A stretch of DNA of 64,000 bases from Alphaproteobacteria bacterium (GCA_016124955.1 WGMR01000008.1:18004-82003), one strand, 5' to 3'; positions 30,257 through 41,553 are shown, numbered from the stretch's first letter. A program made the numbers and translations. Notes: generated from the sequence alone by a model not told the origin.

Positions 30257-30497
30257 CCGGCGCCGGCGTATGTGACATTCTGCGGGCCCCGATAAAGGCG
30301 CCACCGCTAATGGTTGCGCTTAGCATGGCGCCAACCGCAAACTCTATTCCCCACAAGAATGCAGTTGGCCCCGCTTTGGATATGGCCAGAAAGGCGGCAG
30401 CTGATAATCCGCCAAGGGCAAGGGCGCCCACCGCCGCTACGGCGGCGACGCCGAATAACAACCCAATGCCGATTTTTCTTCCCGCAGACAGGGGCAT
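30249..30497 (-). CDS. Possible small 2-TM membrane protein (82 aa); may be spurious
   Basis: Hydrophobic, Gly/Ala-rich ORF in the convergent gap between ETF-QO and prmC. Third-codon positions are much less GC-biased than host genes. Confidence 0.2.
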   Translation of the reverse strand: MPLSAGRKIGIGLLFGVAAVAAVGALALGGLSAAAFLAISKAGPTAFLWGIEFAVGAMLSATISGGAFIGARRMSHTPAPAT

Positions 30498-30508
30498 AAT
30501 ATGTTCCT

Positions 30509-31354
30509 TTAAATGTTAGCTATTACGCAACGTTCGATGCCGCTCAAATCGCGCCGCGTGCGTGTGTTTTTCAGCCCCGCGGCGGCCATGATTTCCACGA
30601 CCAAGGCGGCCTGGTCGTGGCCCACCTCCAGCACCGCACAACCTTCCGGCTTCAGCAGCCGGGGCAGGGTTTGCGCGATAGCGCGATAGGCATCGAGCCC
30701 GTCCGCCCCGCCATCGAGCGCGGCGCGCGGGTCGTGCATGCTGACTTCCGGCATCAGCGAAGCAATTTCATCGCTGCGAATATAGGGCGGGTTGCTGACG
30801 ACAAGATCGAACTGTTCTGGCACGCCGCTCGCCCATGCGGTTTCGATGAATTTGGCACGCACATGCAAGCCAAGCGCTTCGGCATTGTCGATCGCCTGTT
30901 CGACCGCGTCCGGCGCCGTATCAGTGCCGAGGCCGGTTGCGCGCGGAAACTCGCTTAAAAGCGCGAGCAACAAACACCCGCTGCCGGTCCCGAGATCGAG
31001 CATGCGCAATTCCCGCCGGTGGTCCGGAAACAGCCCGAGCGCGGCATCGATCAGCGTTTCGCTGTCCTGCCGGGGCTCGAGCGTTGCGCGGTTAAGCCCG
31101 ATCGGCAGGCCCCAGAATTCGCTGTGCCCCATGATGCGGCCGACAGGCTCATGCATCGCCCGCCTCTCGATCAGCGCGGCATAGCCCGCGCGTTCTTCCG
31201 GTGTCAGTTCGCGTGCGCCCTGTGTAAGCAGCGCGAGCCGGTCGGTCTTCAGGCTGAAGGAAGCGAGCAGCTTGGCATCCAGCTCGGCATCCTCGATCCC
31301 GGCTTCATGCAGAACGCGCACGGCAGTGCAAAGGGTTTTGGTCAGTGTCGCCAT
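30509..31354 (-). CDS. prmC: Release-factor glutamine N5-methyltransferase
   Basis: 281 aa. SAM-binding DLGTGSG motif and the catalytic NPPY motif (VVSNPPYI). Immediately downstream of prfA. Confidence 0.85.
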   Translation of the reverse strand: MATLTKTLCTAVRVLHEAGIEDAELDAKLLASFSLKTDRLALLTQGARELTPEERAGYAALIERRAMHEPVGRIMGHSEFWGLPIGLNRATLEPRQDSETLIDAALGLFPDHRRELRMLDLGTGSGCLLLALLSEFPRATGLGTDTAPDAVEQAIDNAEALGLHVRAKFIETAWASGVPEQFDLVVSNPPYIRSDEIASLMPEVSMHDPRAALDGGADGLDAYRAIAQTLPRLLKPEGCAVLEVGHDQAALVVEIMAAAGLKNTRTRRDLSGIERCVIANI

Positions 31355-32415
31355 CAGGTCAGCTCGGCAAGCCGTTCGGCTTCGTCATGCGTAATCAGCG
31401 CCTCGATAACCTCGTCCAGCGCTTCGCCGACAATAATCTCATCAATCCTGTACAGCGTCAAATTGATGCGGTGGTCGCTCACGCGCCCTTGCGGGAAGTT
31501 ATAGGTGCGTATGCGCTCCGAACGGTCGCCGCTGCCCACCTGGCTTTTGCGGCTGGCGGCGCGCTCGGTGTCGCGCTTGCTGCGCTCGGCCTCATAGATG
31601 CGGCTGCGCAGCAGCGTCATCGCCTTGGCTTTGTTCTTGTGCTGCGAACGTTCGGCCTGGCATTCCGCTACAACGCCGGTAGGAATATGCGTGATGCGGA
31701 CGGCGCTGTCGGTCGTATTCACATGCTGCCCGCCTGCGCCGGAAGAACGGTAGGTGTCGATCCGCAGGTCTTTTTCATCGATCTTGATGTCAACATCTTC
31801 GGCTTCCGGCAGCACGGCGACGGTGGCGGCCGATGTATGCACGCGGCCCGAAGCCTCGGTCTGCGGCACGCGCTGCACGCGGTGCACGCCGCTTTCGAAC
31901 TTCAGCCGTGCGAACACGCCGCGCCCGGTGATCGAAGCCGAACCTTCCTTCAAGCCGCCGAGATCGGATTCGGAAAGCGTCAATACCTCGAACCGCCAGC
32001 CGCGCACGGCGGCATAGCGCCGGTACATTTCGAATAGCGTGGCGGCAAACAGCGCAGCTTCGTCGCCGCCGGTCCCGGCGCGCACTTCAAGGATCGCGCT
32101 TTTCTCGTCGTCCGCATCCTTGGGCAAAAGCATGCGCTGCACCTGCTTTTCGAGTGCGGGCAACTTTTCCTCAAGCGTCTCAAGCTCGCCCGCCGCCATC
32201 GCCTTCATATCCGGGTCTTTCAGGAGCGCGCGCAAATCTTCCCGCTCCTTGCCCGCGGCGCGCAGCGCACCGATAGCCTCGGCCACGGGGGTCAGATCGG
32301 CATATTCCTTGGAAAGCTTGGTGATTTTCTCGGCCGCCAGCCCCGGCTGGCCGAGCGTGTCGCGCAGCTCGTCATAGCGGGTCAGCAGGCGGTTGAGGGT
32401 GTCTTGCGATATCAT
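31354..32415 (-). CDS. prfA: Peptide chain release factor 1
   Basis: 353 aa. PxT-type recognition region and the GGQ motif ([16 protein letters not shown]). Confidence 0.95.
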   Translation of the reverse strand: MISQDTLNRLLTRYDELRDTLGQPGLAAEKITKLSKEYADLTPVAEAIGALRAAGKEREDLRALLKDPDMKAMAAGELETLEEKLPALEKQVQRMLLPKDADDEKSAILEVRAGTGGDEAALFAATLFEMYRRYAAVRGWRFEVLTLSESDLGGLKEGSASITGRGVFARLKFESGVHRVQRVPQTEASGRVHTSAATVAVLPEAEDVDIKIDEKDLRIDTYRSSGAGGQHVNTTDSAVRITHIPTGVVAECQAERSQHKNKAKAMTLLRSRIYEAERSKRDTERAASRKSQVGSGDRSERIRTYNFPQGRVSDHRINLTLYRIDEIIVGEALDEVIEALITHDEAERLAELT

Positions 32416-32454
32416 GGGGGCGATTATGCCGATGCCCGCAGCGCTGGCAAGCTG

Positions 32455-33630
32455 CTACTCGGCTGCGTGGACCGCTTGCGGTATCTGTGCCTTTTCGGCC
32501 TCTTGCGCCTTTTCGGCTTCCAGCGAAGCGGCCTTTTCTTCCACCAGCTTTACAAGGTGGGCAACGATATCCTCGTTCTTGAGCCGGTGCGCAGTCGCGC
32601 CGTTCAAATAAACCTGGTGCGTACCTTTACCGCCGCCGGTGAAACCGATATCGGTCATCATTGCTTCGCCGGGGCCGTTCACGACGCAGCCGATCACCGA
32701 AAGCGTCATCGGCGTCGTGATGTGCGCGAGCCGCTCTTCAAGGATGCGCACAGTCTCGATCACGTTGAAATTCTGCCGCGCGCAGGACGGGCATGAAATA
32801 ACGGTCACGCCGCGGGTCCGCAGACCGAGCGATTTCAGCATCTCATAGCCGACGCGGACTTCCTCAACCGGGTCGGCCGAAAGCGAAACCCGAAGCGTAT
32901 CGCCGATCCCGGCCCACAAAAGGGAGCCGAGCCCGATCGCGCTCTTTACCGTGCCGGCACGCAATCCGCCTGCTTCGGTGATGCCGATATGCAGCGGGTA
33001 GTCGCACGCCTCGGCGATGCCCTGATAGGCGGCGATGGCGAGGAAAACGTCGGAGGCCTTGCAGGAAATCTTGAAGTTGCGGAAATCGTGGTCTTCGAGA
33101 ATTTTGGCGTGGTTCAGCGCGCTTTCGACCATCGCATCGGGGCAGGGCTCGCCATACTTCTCAAGCAAATCCTGCTCGAGCGAACCGGCATTGACGCCGA
33201 TGCGCATGGCGCAGCCATGGTCCTTTGCCGCTTGCACAACTTCGCGCACGCGTTCGGCCGAACCGATGTTGCCCGGGTTGATGCGCAGGCACGCGGCGCC
33301 GGCCTTGGCCGCTTCGATCCCGCGTTTGTAATGGAAGTGGATATCGGCGACGATCGGAACATTCACCTGTTTCACGATATCCTTGAGCCCGGCGGTCGAA
33401 GCTTCGTCGGGGCACGAAACGCGCACGATATCGGCGCCGGCTTCTTCCATCTGGCGAATCTGCTCGACCGTCCCCTTGACGTCCGACGTCAGCGTGTTGG
33501 TCATGGATTGGACGGTAATCGGCGCGTCTCCGCCCACGGGCACGTTGCCGACCATGATCTGGCGGCTCTTGCGGCGCTGGATCAGCCGCCAGGGGCGGAC
33601 ATGGGCGATATCTTCATGGCTTGCAGACAT
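32455..33630 (-). CDS. ispG: 4-hydroxy-3-methylbut-2-en-1-yl diphosphate synthase (flavodoxin)
   Basis: 391 aa. GcpE family with a C-terminal 4Fe-4S cysteine cluster (ISCPSCARQ). Confidence 0.9.
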   Translation of the reverse strand: MSASHEDIAHVRPWRLIQRRKSRQIMVGNVPVGGDAPITVQSMTNTLTSDVKGTVEQIRQMEEAGADIVRVSCPDEASTAGLKDIVKQVNVPIVADIHFHYKRGIEAAKAGAACLRINPGNIGSAERVREVVQAAKDHGCAMRIGVNAGSLEQDLLEKYGEPCPDAMVESALNHAKILEDHDFRNFKISCKASDVFLAIAAYQGIAEACDYPLHIGITEAGGLRAGTVKSAIGLGSLLWAGIGDTLRVSLSADPVEEVRVGYEMLKSLGLRTRGVTVISCPSCARQNFNVIETVRILEERLAHITTPMTLSVIGCVVNGPGEAMMTDIGFTGGGKGTHQVYLNGATAHRLKNEDIVAHLVKLVEEKAASLEAEKAQEAEKAQIPQAVHAAE

Positions 33631-33717
33631 ATTACAACGTTTTCAACATGTTAGAATTTCACGCGGCGCGTTCCGGGCCGCTATTGCCGCTGTTATAGCC
33701 CTTATGCGGGGGAATTT

Positions 33718-34821
33718 CTAGCGGTTGCCAGCCTCACCGACAACGGAATCGAGGCTGATGTTCCGGGCGATCTGGTTGGGTTTGCCAAGCCGGGGCAGCT
33801 CGTTGCCATCAAAGCTGAGCACAATCCCGCCCGCATTGCCGGTGGTCAGGCGCAGGCCCGGTTCATTCGGCACCCGGTAGCTGTCGCCGCTCTTCAGCAT
33901 GCGGCTGAACAGCTTGTCGCCTTCGCCGTTTTGCACGACAAGCCACGCGTCGCGCTCGGCCCGGATCACAAGCCGCACCTTGGCTTTCGGATCGCCGTAC
34001 ATCTCGCCTGTCGGCGCGGCAGGTTTTTGTGCGGCGGTCTGTTCTTGCGCCTGCGCCGTTTGTGCCTGCGCCGTTTCGGTCTTCTTTACCGCGTCCGAAG
34101 GTTCGCCGATGGTGATGCCTTGCACCTGTTCGGTCTCTTCGCCGGTTTCCGATGCGGTTGTTCCCTCTTCATTCGCGCCTTCCATATCGGTTGCGGCGGC
34201 GATGGCGGCAAGGCCGTCAAGCGCGGATTCCTGTTCGCCGGCTTCGCCGGTCTCGGCGATTTCGGGAAGTGTGGGCGGCGCAATCGTGCTGCGGTCGTCG
34301 GATGAAAAGAAGTGCCACGTGCCGTAAATCAGAAGCGCGAAAACGGCGCTGCCGATCAAAATCGGCATGCTCGGCGTCTTGCCTTCGGCAATCGGTTGCG
34401 GCGGCACGAGCTGCGGCGCGCGGTTGCGACCCTGCATTTCCATGCGGTAATCGTCGAGGATGGCTTCGCCGTCGAGCCCGAGATAGTTGGCATAGGTGCG
34501 CAGGAAACCGACCGTATAGGCGTTCGCGGGCAGCTCGTCATACTGGCCGTTCTCAAGCGCGGCAAGGAAAGCGGCTTTGATGCAAAGTCGCGCGGCAATA
34601 TCCTTGATCGTTTCGCCGCGCGCGTCGCGCGCCGTGCGCAGCCGTTCGCTGATCCGGCGGTAGGAACCAGGCACGGCGGGCGCCTGCGGGATATTTTCCG
34701 CAAGCGACGTCGTGGTCGTGACCTGTTCTTCCTGTTGCCCCTGTCCCTGCGTATTGTGCGGCGGACGGCGGCGTTTGGTTTGCGCCATTTGGCTGTTCCT
34801 TGAAACCTTTCCGGGCGCCAC
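33718..34821 (-). CDS. rodZ: RodZ-like cytoskeleton protein (HTH + TM + DUF4115-like C-terminus)
   Basis: N-terminal HTH (GETIKDIAARLCIKAAFLAALENG), a single TM helix, an acidic/Ala-rich linker and a C-terminal domain. Conserved position downstream of ispG. Confidence 0.65.
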   Translation of the reverse strand: MAPGKVSRNSQMAQTKRRRPPHNTQGQGQQEEQVTTTTSLAENIPQAPAVPGSYRRISERLRTARDARGETIKDIAARLCIKAAFLAALENGQYDELPANAYTVGFLRTYANYLGLDGEAILDDYRMEMQGRNRAPQLVPPQPIAEGKTPSMPILIGSAVFALLIYGTWHFFSSDDRSTIAPPTLPEIAETGEAGEQESALDGLAAIAAATDMEGANEEGTTASETGEETEQVQGITIGEPSDAVKKTETAQAQTAQAQEQTAAQKPAAPTGEMYGDPKAKVRLVIRAERDAWLVVQNGEGDKLFSRMLKSGDSYRVPNEPGLRLTTGNAGGIVLSFDGNELPRLGKPNQIARNISLDSVVGEAGNR

Positions 34822-34889
34822 AAATAGCAGAAAAAAGGCCGCGATGGCTAGGGTATTTTACGCAGCCCGCGCGCCGGAAAATACGGCGG

Positions 34890-37175
34890 TTATGTCAATA
34901 AAACCCCGTGATCCCTTGCAAAATCGGTCAATTTCTGGCGCAGGCTTGCATCCGGGCGCAGCAATTGCGTGGTAAGGTAATCGCTGAGCGGCTTCACATC
35001 CATGCTGCGGACCATCGCCTTGATCGGCACGAACGCGCTCGGCGATATCGAAAGCATGCGCACCCCAAGCCCGACAAGCGTCATGGCTTCAAGCGGGCGG
35101 CTCGCCATTTCACCGCACACGCTCAGCGATTTGCCGGCGGTGTTGCACATGGCCGCCATTTCGCGGATCAAAAGCAGGAACGCGGGCGACAGCGGGTCAT
35201 AGCGGCGGCTGACAAGCGGGTTGGTGCGGTCGGCGGCGAAGAAATACTGCAACAGATCATTCGAGCCGATTGAAAGAAAATCGACATGCGGCAAAAGGCC
35301 GGGCACCTGCCAGATCAGCGAGGGAACCTCCATCATCAGGCCGATACGCAATTTTTCGGGCACGACCTTGCCGCACGCCGTGCGCCGGTCGATCTCGAGC
35401 TGCAAGATTTTCTTGGATTCGATCAGCTCGGCGATGGTGGCGATCATCGGGAACATCAGGTTGAAGGGGCGCCCGTCGGCCGCTTCAAGGATCGCGCGCA
35501 ATTGCTGGCGCAGCATTGAGGGTCGGTCGAGCCCGATGCGGATCGCGCGCCAGCCGAGCGCGGGGTTTTCCTCGCCCTGATCCGTCTGATAAGGCAGCAT
35601 CTTGTCGCCGCCGACATCAAGCGTGCGGATCGTCAGCGCCTTGCCTTCGGTGCGCGCGAAGGCATAGCGGTATATTTGCGCCTGTTGTTCGACATTGGGA
35701 AAACTGCCGCGCACCATGAAAGGAATTTCGGTGCGGTAAAGCCCGACGCCATCCGCCCCGGTGGGTTGCAGATGATCGAAATCGACCGCCAGCCCGCAAT
35801 TCAGCATCAGCGAAATATCCACTGCGTCGCGCGTCGTGCCGGGCAAATCGCGCAGCTCGTTCAGCATGAAGGCGCGCTCCTGCTTCAACGCCATGCTGTG
35901 CACAAACTGTTCCTGCACGTCTTCGTTCGGGCGCACATAAACGATGCCGCGCGTGCCGTCGATGATAAGCGGGTCGAGCGGCTCGAGCCGCGAAAGAATC
36001 CCGCCGCATTGCCCGATCACGGGTATATCCAGCGCCTTGGCGACAATCGCCACATGGCTGGCCGATGTGCCGCTTTCAAGGATCAGGCCCCTGATTTTCC
36101 GCGTGTCGTAATCCAGCAGTTCGGCCGGGCCCAGCGTGCGCGCAATCAGGATCGCGTCTTCCGGCAGCGTAGAAGCCGCCGTGGTGTGACGGCCGGTCAG
36201 ATGCTGCAGCATGCGCGTCGCAAGGTCGTCGAGATCGGCGGCCTTTTCCTTGATCATCGGGTCGTTGATTTGCGAAAACCGGGCGCTGTAATCGTTCTGC
36301 ACCTTCTGCACCGCTGCTTCGGCGGTCAGGCCTTGCTTGATCGCGTCTTCGTGCTTGGTGAGCCAGCCATGGTCGCTGGCGAACACTTTGTAGGTCTCTA
36401 GAATTTCCCGGCTCTCGCCCTGGATGCCGCCGCTGGAAGTGCCCAGAATTTTATCAAGTTCATTCAGCAGCGCCGCAATCGCTTCGTGCAAGCGTGTGAG
36501 TTCGGCATCCGCGTTGTCCGAAACCATTTCGCGGATCGTGATCTGGGGTTTGTGCAAAACGGCGCGGCCCGCCGCCATGCCGGGGCTTAGGCTAAGGCCT
36601 TCAAGCCGCTGCGGCAGCAAAAGCGGGTCGCCGGCGGGTGAAATTTCGCCGGCGCTGACAAGCTCACCCGCCGCGATCAGCTCGGCCACCACCATGCCGA
36701 TGGTTTCCAGCAATTCGATCTCGTCCTCGCGGTACTGCCGTCTTTCCTTGTGCTGGATCGTCAGAACGCCGCGCACGCGCCCGCCGCGCAAGATCGGCAC
36801 GCCCATCATGGATTGGAACGGTTCTTCGCCCGTTTCCGGGCGGTAGGCGAAGTGCGGATGCGCTTGCGCGTTCGCGAGCGCAAGCGGCTGCATTTTGGCC
36901 GCGATATCGCCGACGATACCTTCGCCGCTGCGCAGCCGGGTTTTGTGCACCGCTTCCTGCCGCAGACCGTGCGTGGCGAACAATTCAAGCACTTCGCCCG
37001 CGCGCATGACGTAACAGGAACAAACATCGGCATGCAGCTCGGCCGCGATCAGATGCACAATTTTATTGAGCCGCACCTCGGCGCTGCCGCTGCCCGCCAT
37101 CACGTCCCGCAGCCGGCGCATCAGGCGCCTTGCGGTCAGGACCGCCCCCTGGAAGGCTGCGGTCAGCAGGTTCAT
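34890..37175 (-). CDS. ptsP: Phosphoenolpyruvate-protein phosphotransferase PtsP (EI-Ntr) with N-terminal GAF domain
   Basis: 761 aa. GAF domain then Enzyme I domains. The phospho-His context (GGRTSHAAI-type) is present as ESGTSASHVAIVAKA. Confidence 0.85.
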   Translation of the reverse strand: MNLLTAAFQGAVLTARRLMRRLRDVMAGSGSAEVRLNKIVHLIAAELHADVCSCYVMRAGEVLELFATHGLRQEAVHKTRLRSGEGIVGDIAAKMQPLALANAQAHPHFAYRPETGEEPFQSMMGVPILRGGRVRGVLTIQHKERRQYREDEIELLETIGMVVAELIAAGELVSAGEISPAGDPLLLPQRLEGLSLSPGMAAGRAVLHKPQITIREMVSDNADAELTRLHEAIAALLNELDKILGTSSGGIQGESREILETYKVFASDHGWLTKHEDAIKQGLTAEAAVQKVQNDYSARFSQINDPMIKEKAADLDDLATRMLQHLTGRHTTAASTLPEDAILIARTLGPAELLDYDTRKIRGLILESGTSASHVAIVAKALDIPVIGQCGGILSRLEPLDPLIIDGTRGIVYVRPNEDVQEQFVHSMALKQERAFMLNELRDLPGTTRDAVDISLMLNCGLAVDFDHLQPTGADGVGLYRTEIPFMVRGSFPNVEQQAQIYRYAFARTEGKALTIRTLDVGGDKMLPYQTDQGEENPALGWRAIRIGLDRPSMLRQQLRAILEAADGRPFNLMFPMIATIAELIESKKILQLEIDRRTACGKVVPEKLRIGLMMEVPSLIWQVPGLLPHVDFLSIGSNDLLQYFFAADRTNPLVSRRYDPLSPAFLLLIREMAAMCNTAGKSLSVCGEMASRPLEAMTLVGLGVRMLSISPSAFVPIKAMVRSMDVKPLSDYLTTQLLRPDASLRQKLTDFARDHGVLLT

Positions 37176-38209
37176 GCCCGTGCCCCGCCGTTGCGTTGTT
37201 GCAGCGCGGCCCCGGCCTGCGCCACCAGCTCGGCCAATATCGCGGCGGTTGGCTGGATATCCTTGACCATGCCGACGCTCTGCCCGGCCATCAGCGAACC
37301 GTTCTCCACGTCGCCGTCAATCACGGCCCGGCGCAGCGCGCCCGCCCAGAAATGCTCGATCTCAAGCTGCGCTTCTTCCTTGGTCAGCTTGCCCGCATCG
37401 AACAGCGCGATCACCTCGCGCTGCTTTTCCATGAATTTCTTTACGCCTTCGTTGGCGATGGCGCGCACGGGAATGACGGGGAAGCGCGCATCAAGCTGGA
37501 CCGAAGGCGTGGCGTCGCGCGCCGCGGCGCGGATGAAGGCCTTCTTGAATTTTTCGTGCGCAATACATTCGGCGGCGCAGACAAAGCGTGTGCCGAGCTG
37601 CGCGCCAGCCGCGCCCATTTCAAGGTAGGAAACGATCGCCTCGCCCCGGCCGATACCGCCCGCCACGAACACCGGCACGTCGCGGATGTTGGGCAAGATT
37701 TCCTGCGCCAGGACCGAAGTGCTGACCGGGCCGATATGCCCGCCCGCTTCCATGCCTTCGATCACCAGCGCGTCGGCGCCCATTTTCACCAGCTTTTTGC
37801 CAAGGGAAAGCGCAGGCGTGAAACACATCAGCTTCGCGCCGCTGTCCTTGACCTTCTTGATCGCGGGCACGGGCGGAATGCCGCCTGCCAGCACGACATG
37901 CGTCACCTTTTCCTGTGCGCACACATCAATAAGGTCTTCAAGTTGCGGGTGCAGCGTGATCAGGTTGACGCCGAAAGGTTTTTTCGTAAGTTCGCGCGTG
38001 CCGCGTATCTCGGCGCGCAATATTTCGGCCGGCATCGCGCCGGAAGCGATCACACCGAAGCCGCCGCCGTTCGATATGGCGGCCACAAGGTTGCGTTCGG
38101 AAATCCATGTCATCGCCCCGCCCATGATGGCGAGCTCGGTTCCAAGAAAATCGCGGCCGCGCTGCCATAAGCGTTGCAATGTATTTTCCTGTGACGCCGC
38201 GTTTAGCAT
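37172..38209 (-). CDS. Nitronate monooxygenase / FabK-like FMN enoyl reductase (NMO family)
   Basis: The long ORF 37172..38404 overlaps lysC, so the true start is probably the MLNAAS ATG at 38209. The MRNEIV ATG at 38230 is the alternative. Carries the FMN-binding GGAMTWISE motif. Confidence 0.7.
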   Translation of the reverse strand: MLNAASQENTLQRLWQRGRDFLGTELAIMGGAMTWISERNLVAAISNGGGFGVIASGAMPAEILRAEIRGTRELTKKPFGVNLITLHPQLEDLIDVCAQEKVTHVVLAGGIPPVPAIKKVKDSGAKLMCFTPALSLGKKLVKMGADALVIEGMEAGGHIGPVSTSVLAQEILPNIRDVPVFVAGGIGRGEAIVSYLEMGAAGAQLGTRFVCAAECIAHEKFKKAFIRAAARDATPSVQLDARFPVIPVRAIANEGVKKFMEKQREVIALFDAGKLTKEEAQLEIEHFWAGALRRAVIDGDVENGSLMAGQSVGMVKDIQPTAAILAELVAQAGAALQQRNGGARA

Positions 38210-38219
38210 GGCAACAATC

Positions 38220-39455
38220 TCATTCCGCATCCAGTCCGTATGTGGTGTGCAGCGTGCGCACCGCCAGCTCGGCATATTCCTCCGCCACCAGCACGCTGAC
38301 CTTGATCTCGGACGTGCTGATAACGTCGATATTGATGCCCTTGGAAGCCAGCGCCTTGAACATGGCGGCGGCCACGCCCGCATGGCTGCGCATGCCGACG
38401 CCAACCACGGAAACCTTGATCACCTTCTTGTCGGTCAAGATTTCCTCGAAGCCCAGATCCTTCTTGTGCTTGGTCAGCGTTTCCAGCGTGCGCTCAACGT
38501 CGCCGCGCCCGACCGAAAAAGTGATATCGGCGAACTTGCCGTCATGCGACGCGCTTTGCACGATCATATCGACATTGACGTTCGCATCGGCCAGCGGCCC
38601 GAACACGGCGGCGGCGATGCCCGGCCGGTCGGCAAGATGGGAAACGGTAATCTTGGCTTCATCGCGGCTGTAGGTCACGCCGGTTACGACATTCTGTTCC
38701 ATGCTCTCATCCTCATGTTTGACCAGTGTACCGGGGTGCTCGCTCCCGAGGGCGTTGTCGAAGGTGGACAGAACCTGCAGCGGCACATTGTGCTTCATCG
38801 CCAGCTCAACCGAGCGGGTCTGCAGCACCTTCGCGCCGAGTGATGCCATCTCCAGCATTTCTTCGTAAGCAACGAACTGCAGCTTGCGCGCGCGCGGCAC
38901 GATCCGCGGGTCGGTGGTATAGACACCGTCCACGTCGGTATAGATATCGCAGCGGTCCGCCTTCAGCGCAGCCGCGAGCGCGACCGCCGACGTGTCGGAG
39001 CCGCCGCGGCCGAGCGTGGTGATGCGGCCTTCGTCCGAAATGCCCTGAAAGCCGGCCAGCACGGCAACCTCGCCGCCCATGATCTGGGTACGCATGGCCT
39101 CGATATCTATGTCGGTGACGCGTGCCTTGCCGTGCGCGCGGTCTGTGTGCATCGGCACCTGCCAGCCTTGCCACGAACGGGCGCGCAATCCGCGTTGCTG
39201 CAACGCCAGCGCCATCAGGCCACTTGTGATCTGTTCGCCGGTCGATACCACGGCATCGTATTCGCGCATGTCATAGAGCGGGCTGATCGCGCGGCAATAG
39301 GCGACCAGCTGGTCGGTTTGTCCGGCCATCGCCGATACGTTCACGGCCACATGGTGCCCCGCCTTGACCTCGGCCGCGACCTTACCGGCAGCATGCTTGA
39401 TGCGTTCGATATCGCCGACCGATGTACCGCCGAACTTAAGAACCAGAAGCGCCAT
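38220..39455 (-). CDS. lysC: Aspartate kinase
   Basis: 411 aa. MALLVLKFGGTSV start, amino-acid-kinase domain plus two C-terminal ACT domains. Confidence 0.9.
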   Translation of the reverse strand: MALLVLKFGGTSVGDIERIKHAAGKVAAEVKAGHHVAVNVSAMAGQTDQLVAYCRAISPLYDMREYDAVVSTGEQITSGLMALALQQRGLRARSWQGWQVPMHTDRAHGKARVTDIDIEAMRTQIMGGEVAVLAGFQGISDEGRITTLGRGGSDTSAVALAAALKADRCDIYTDVDGVYTTDPRIVPRARKLQFVAYEEMLEMASLGAKVLQTRSVELAMKHNVPLQVLSTFDNALGSEHPGTLVKHEDESMEQNVVTGVTYSRDEAKITVSHLADRPGIAAAVFGPLADANVNVDMIVQSASHDGKFADITFSVGRGDVERTLETLTKHKKDLGFEEILTDKKVIKVSVVGVGMRSHAGVAAAMFKALASKGINIDVISTSEIKVSVLVAEEYAELAVRTLHTTYGLDAE

Positions 39456-39570
39456 GGGAATCCGTGCCTGAATGACCGTGCTTGCTATATAAAGGCGCCC
39501 TATCCATACTTGGCGGGCCCCGGCGCCGCAAGCATGTTCGGGGGCACCCGGGCCGGGCAGGAAACTAGCA

Positions 39571-40331
39571 TGAAATCAGCAGCAAAAACCACCGTTGCGA
39601 AGGAAGAAATTGCCCGTTTTGAAGCCCATGCGGGCGATTGGTGGGATGAGGCCGGCCCGTTCCGGCCGCTGCACCGGCTGAACCCCGTTCGCATGCGCTA
39701 TATCCGTGATGCTGCGGTTGCACATTTCGGCCTCGAAGGTGCCGATGCAAGGGTGCCGCTGGCGGGGCTTTCCGCGCTCGATGTCGGTTGCGGCGGCGGG
39801 CTTTTGTGCGAACCGCTGGCCCGGCTCGGTGCCGCTGTGACGGGGATTGACGCCGCACCGGGTGCCATTGCCGCCGCAAGCGCGCATGCGCTGGGCGGCG
39901 ATCTCGATATCAATTACCGTGCCGCCGAAACCACGGATCTCGTCCGCAAGCGGCAAAGCTATGATCTGGTTTGCGCGCTCGAAGTGGCCGAACATGTGGC
40001 CGACCCGGCTGAATTTGTCGCAGATCTTGCGCAACTGGTGCGGCCCGGCGGCTTGCTGGTTATGTCCACCATCAATCGCACGGCGAAAGGGTTCCTGCTC
40101 GGTATCGTGGCGGCGGAATATCTTGTGCGCTGGGTGCCGCGCGGCACGCATCAGTGGCAGAAATTCATTCGCCCGTCCGAACTGGCGGCGATGGCCGAAG
40201 CGCAGGGGCTGCGTGTAGGCGATGTCTGCGGGCTCGTGTTCGATCCGCTGGCGCAGGAATTCCGCCTTTCGCCGCAAGACGTCGATGTTAACTACCTTTT
40301 ATGCGCGGCAAAGCCCGTGCGCGGCGCCTAA
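39571..40331 (+). CDS. ubiG: Bifunctional 3-demethylubiquinol 3-O-methyltransferase
   Basis: The start is the MKSAAK ATG at 39571 inside the longer ORF 39132..40331. SAM-MTase motif LDVGCGGGLL. Confidence 0.85.
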
Positions 40332-41395
40332 GTCACCTTTTCGCTGCCAAGCCCGAAAATTTCACCAAATTTGCGTTCTGCCGTGATTCCCGCGTGAACC
40401 GGTAAGGTATGGTTTGTTTGCAGCCATTCCCGCACGAGCCGCCGCATGCGCTGCATGGCAAAGGGTTGCTTTTCATGCAGCGGTATTTGGCCGTGCGACC
40501 GGGCGCTGCGACACACGCGCTGGAAATAGAGATCGTTGGCCGGGTCGAAGGCATGTTGGCGCATCACGCAGAAACGTTCGTGCATATGAATGAAAAGCTC
40601 GGCCGGTATGGTGCTGCGGCCCGGTATTTGCGCGACATATTTAAAACCCGGCAGCGAAGGCCAATGAGCTTCCGGCGGCGCGCGTTCGTATTCGATATCG
40701 AGCGCGCGCAGTCCCAATACACCGGACCATGCGATCCGCTCGAAACAATCAATGCCGCTGGCATGGTGATCAAGCAGATATTCGCGCGGTGTCACCGCCA
40801 TAGGGTGCAGATGGTTTGTAAAAATGGCAAGTCGTGGCCGCGCATTCGGCTTTATATGCCCAATTCCGGCAAGGTAATTGCGTATGTCGCGCTGCGCTTC
40901 GGCATGCAGGCGATCGAACAGGCGGGGCATGCGCGAACGCGGGCGTATCTGCGCCATGGTTCCATATATCGCGGCGTCGTATTCGGTGCTGATTGCGGGC
41001 GGAATCGGCACGATCAGATAGCTCAGCATGCCAAGTTGGGTTTTTTCCGCCGGATCTTCGGCCACGAACCAGCGATAGGTAAAGGTGCCGTATCGTTCGC
41101 GCACCGCAGATTCGTTCGCGCGGCTTAGCCAGCGGTAAAAGGTTTCTTTTTCCAGCGCGCGCGCGGAATCAAACAGCTCGGTATATAATTCATATGCGCG
41201 ATCGAATTCCGGCCCGGGCCCGGTCACGGACATGAAGCGCAACTTGCTGTAATAGTTTTCATAGTCGCCGTACCGCGCCAACACGCGTGTGCGCTCCGCC
41301 GATGCCATCTCGGCGATTTGCTGTTTGCGCGCATCAATCACGGTAAGCAGACCCCGGATTGTATGCGCTTCAAGGGCGGGCGTATGGGAAAACAT
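40328..41395 (-). CDS. Conserved hypothetical protein (355 aa)
   Basis: Host-like GC and long ORF, convergent with ubiG with a 4-nt stop overlap. No family recognised. Confidence 0.45.
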   Translation of the reverse strand: MFSHTPALEAHTIRGLLTVIDARKQQIAEMASAERTRVLARYGDYENYYSKLRFMSVTGPGPEFDRAYELYTELFDSARALEKETFYRWLSRANESAVRERYGTFTYRWFVAEDPAEKTQLGMLSYLIVPIPPAISTEYDAAIYGTMAQIRPRSRMPRLFDRLHAEAQRDIRNYLAGIGHIKPNARPRLAIFTNHLHPMAVTPREYLLDHHASGIDCFERIAWSGVLGLRALDIEYERAPPEAHWPSLPGFKYVAQIPGRSTIPAELFIHMHERFCVMRQHAFDPANDLYFQRVCRSARSHGQIPLHEKQPFAMQRMRRLVREWLQTNHTLPVHAGITAERKFGEIFGLGSEKVT

Positions 41396-41553
41396 GGTGC
41401 CGTTTTCAGCGCAGGATAGTTAAGATTAAGGATTAAAAGGCTTTTTGCCAAAGAATTTAAGGTTAAGAAAGTAACTTTATACTTTTATCCACACCATGAT
41501 TCTCTGTATGTTACGCGCTTCGCCGAACCGGGCCTTATTATAAGGAATTCGCC

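Noticed and set aside
41485-41493. Second perfect TTATCCACA DnaA box about 60 nt upstream of shc
   Set aside because: A single consensus 9-mer is expected by chance roughly once per 64 kb on two strands. There is no biological rationale linking DnaA to hopanoid genes, so it is left as probable coincidence.
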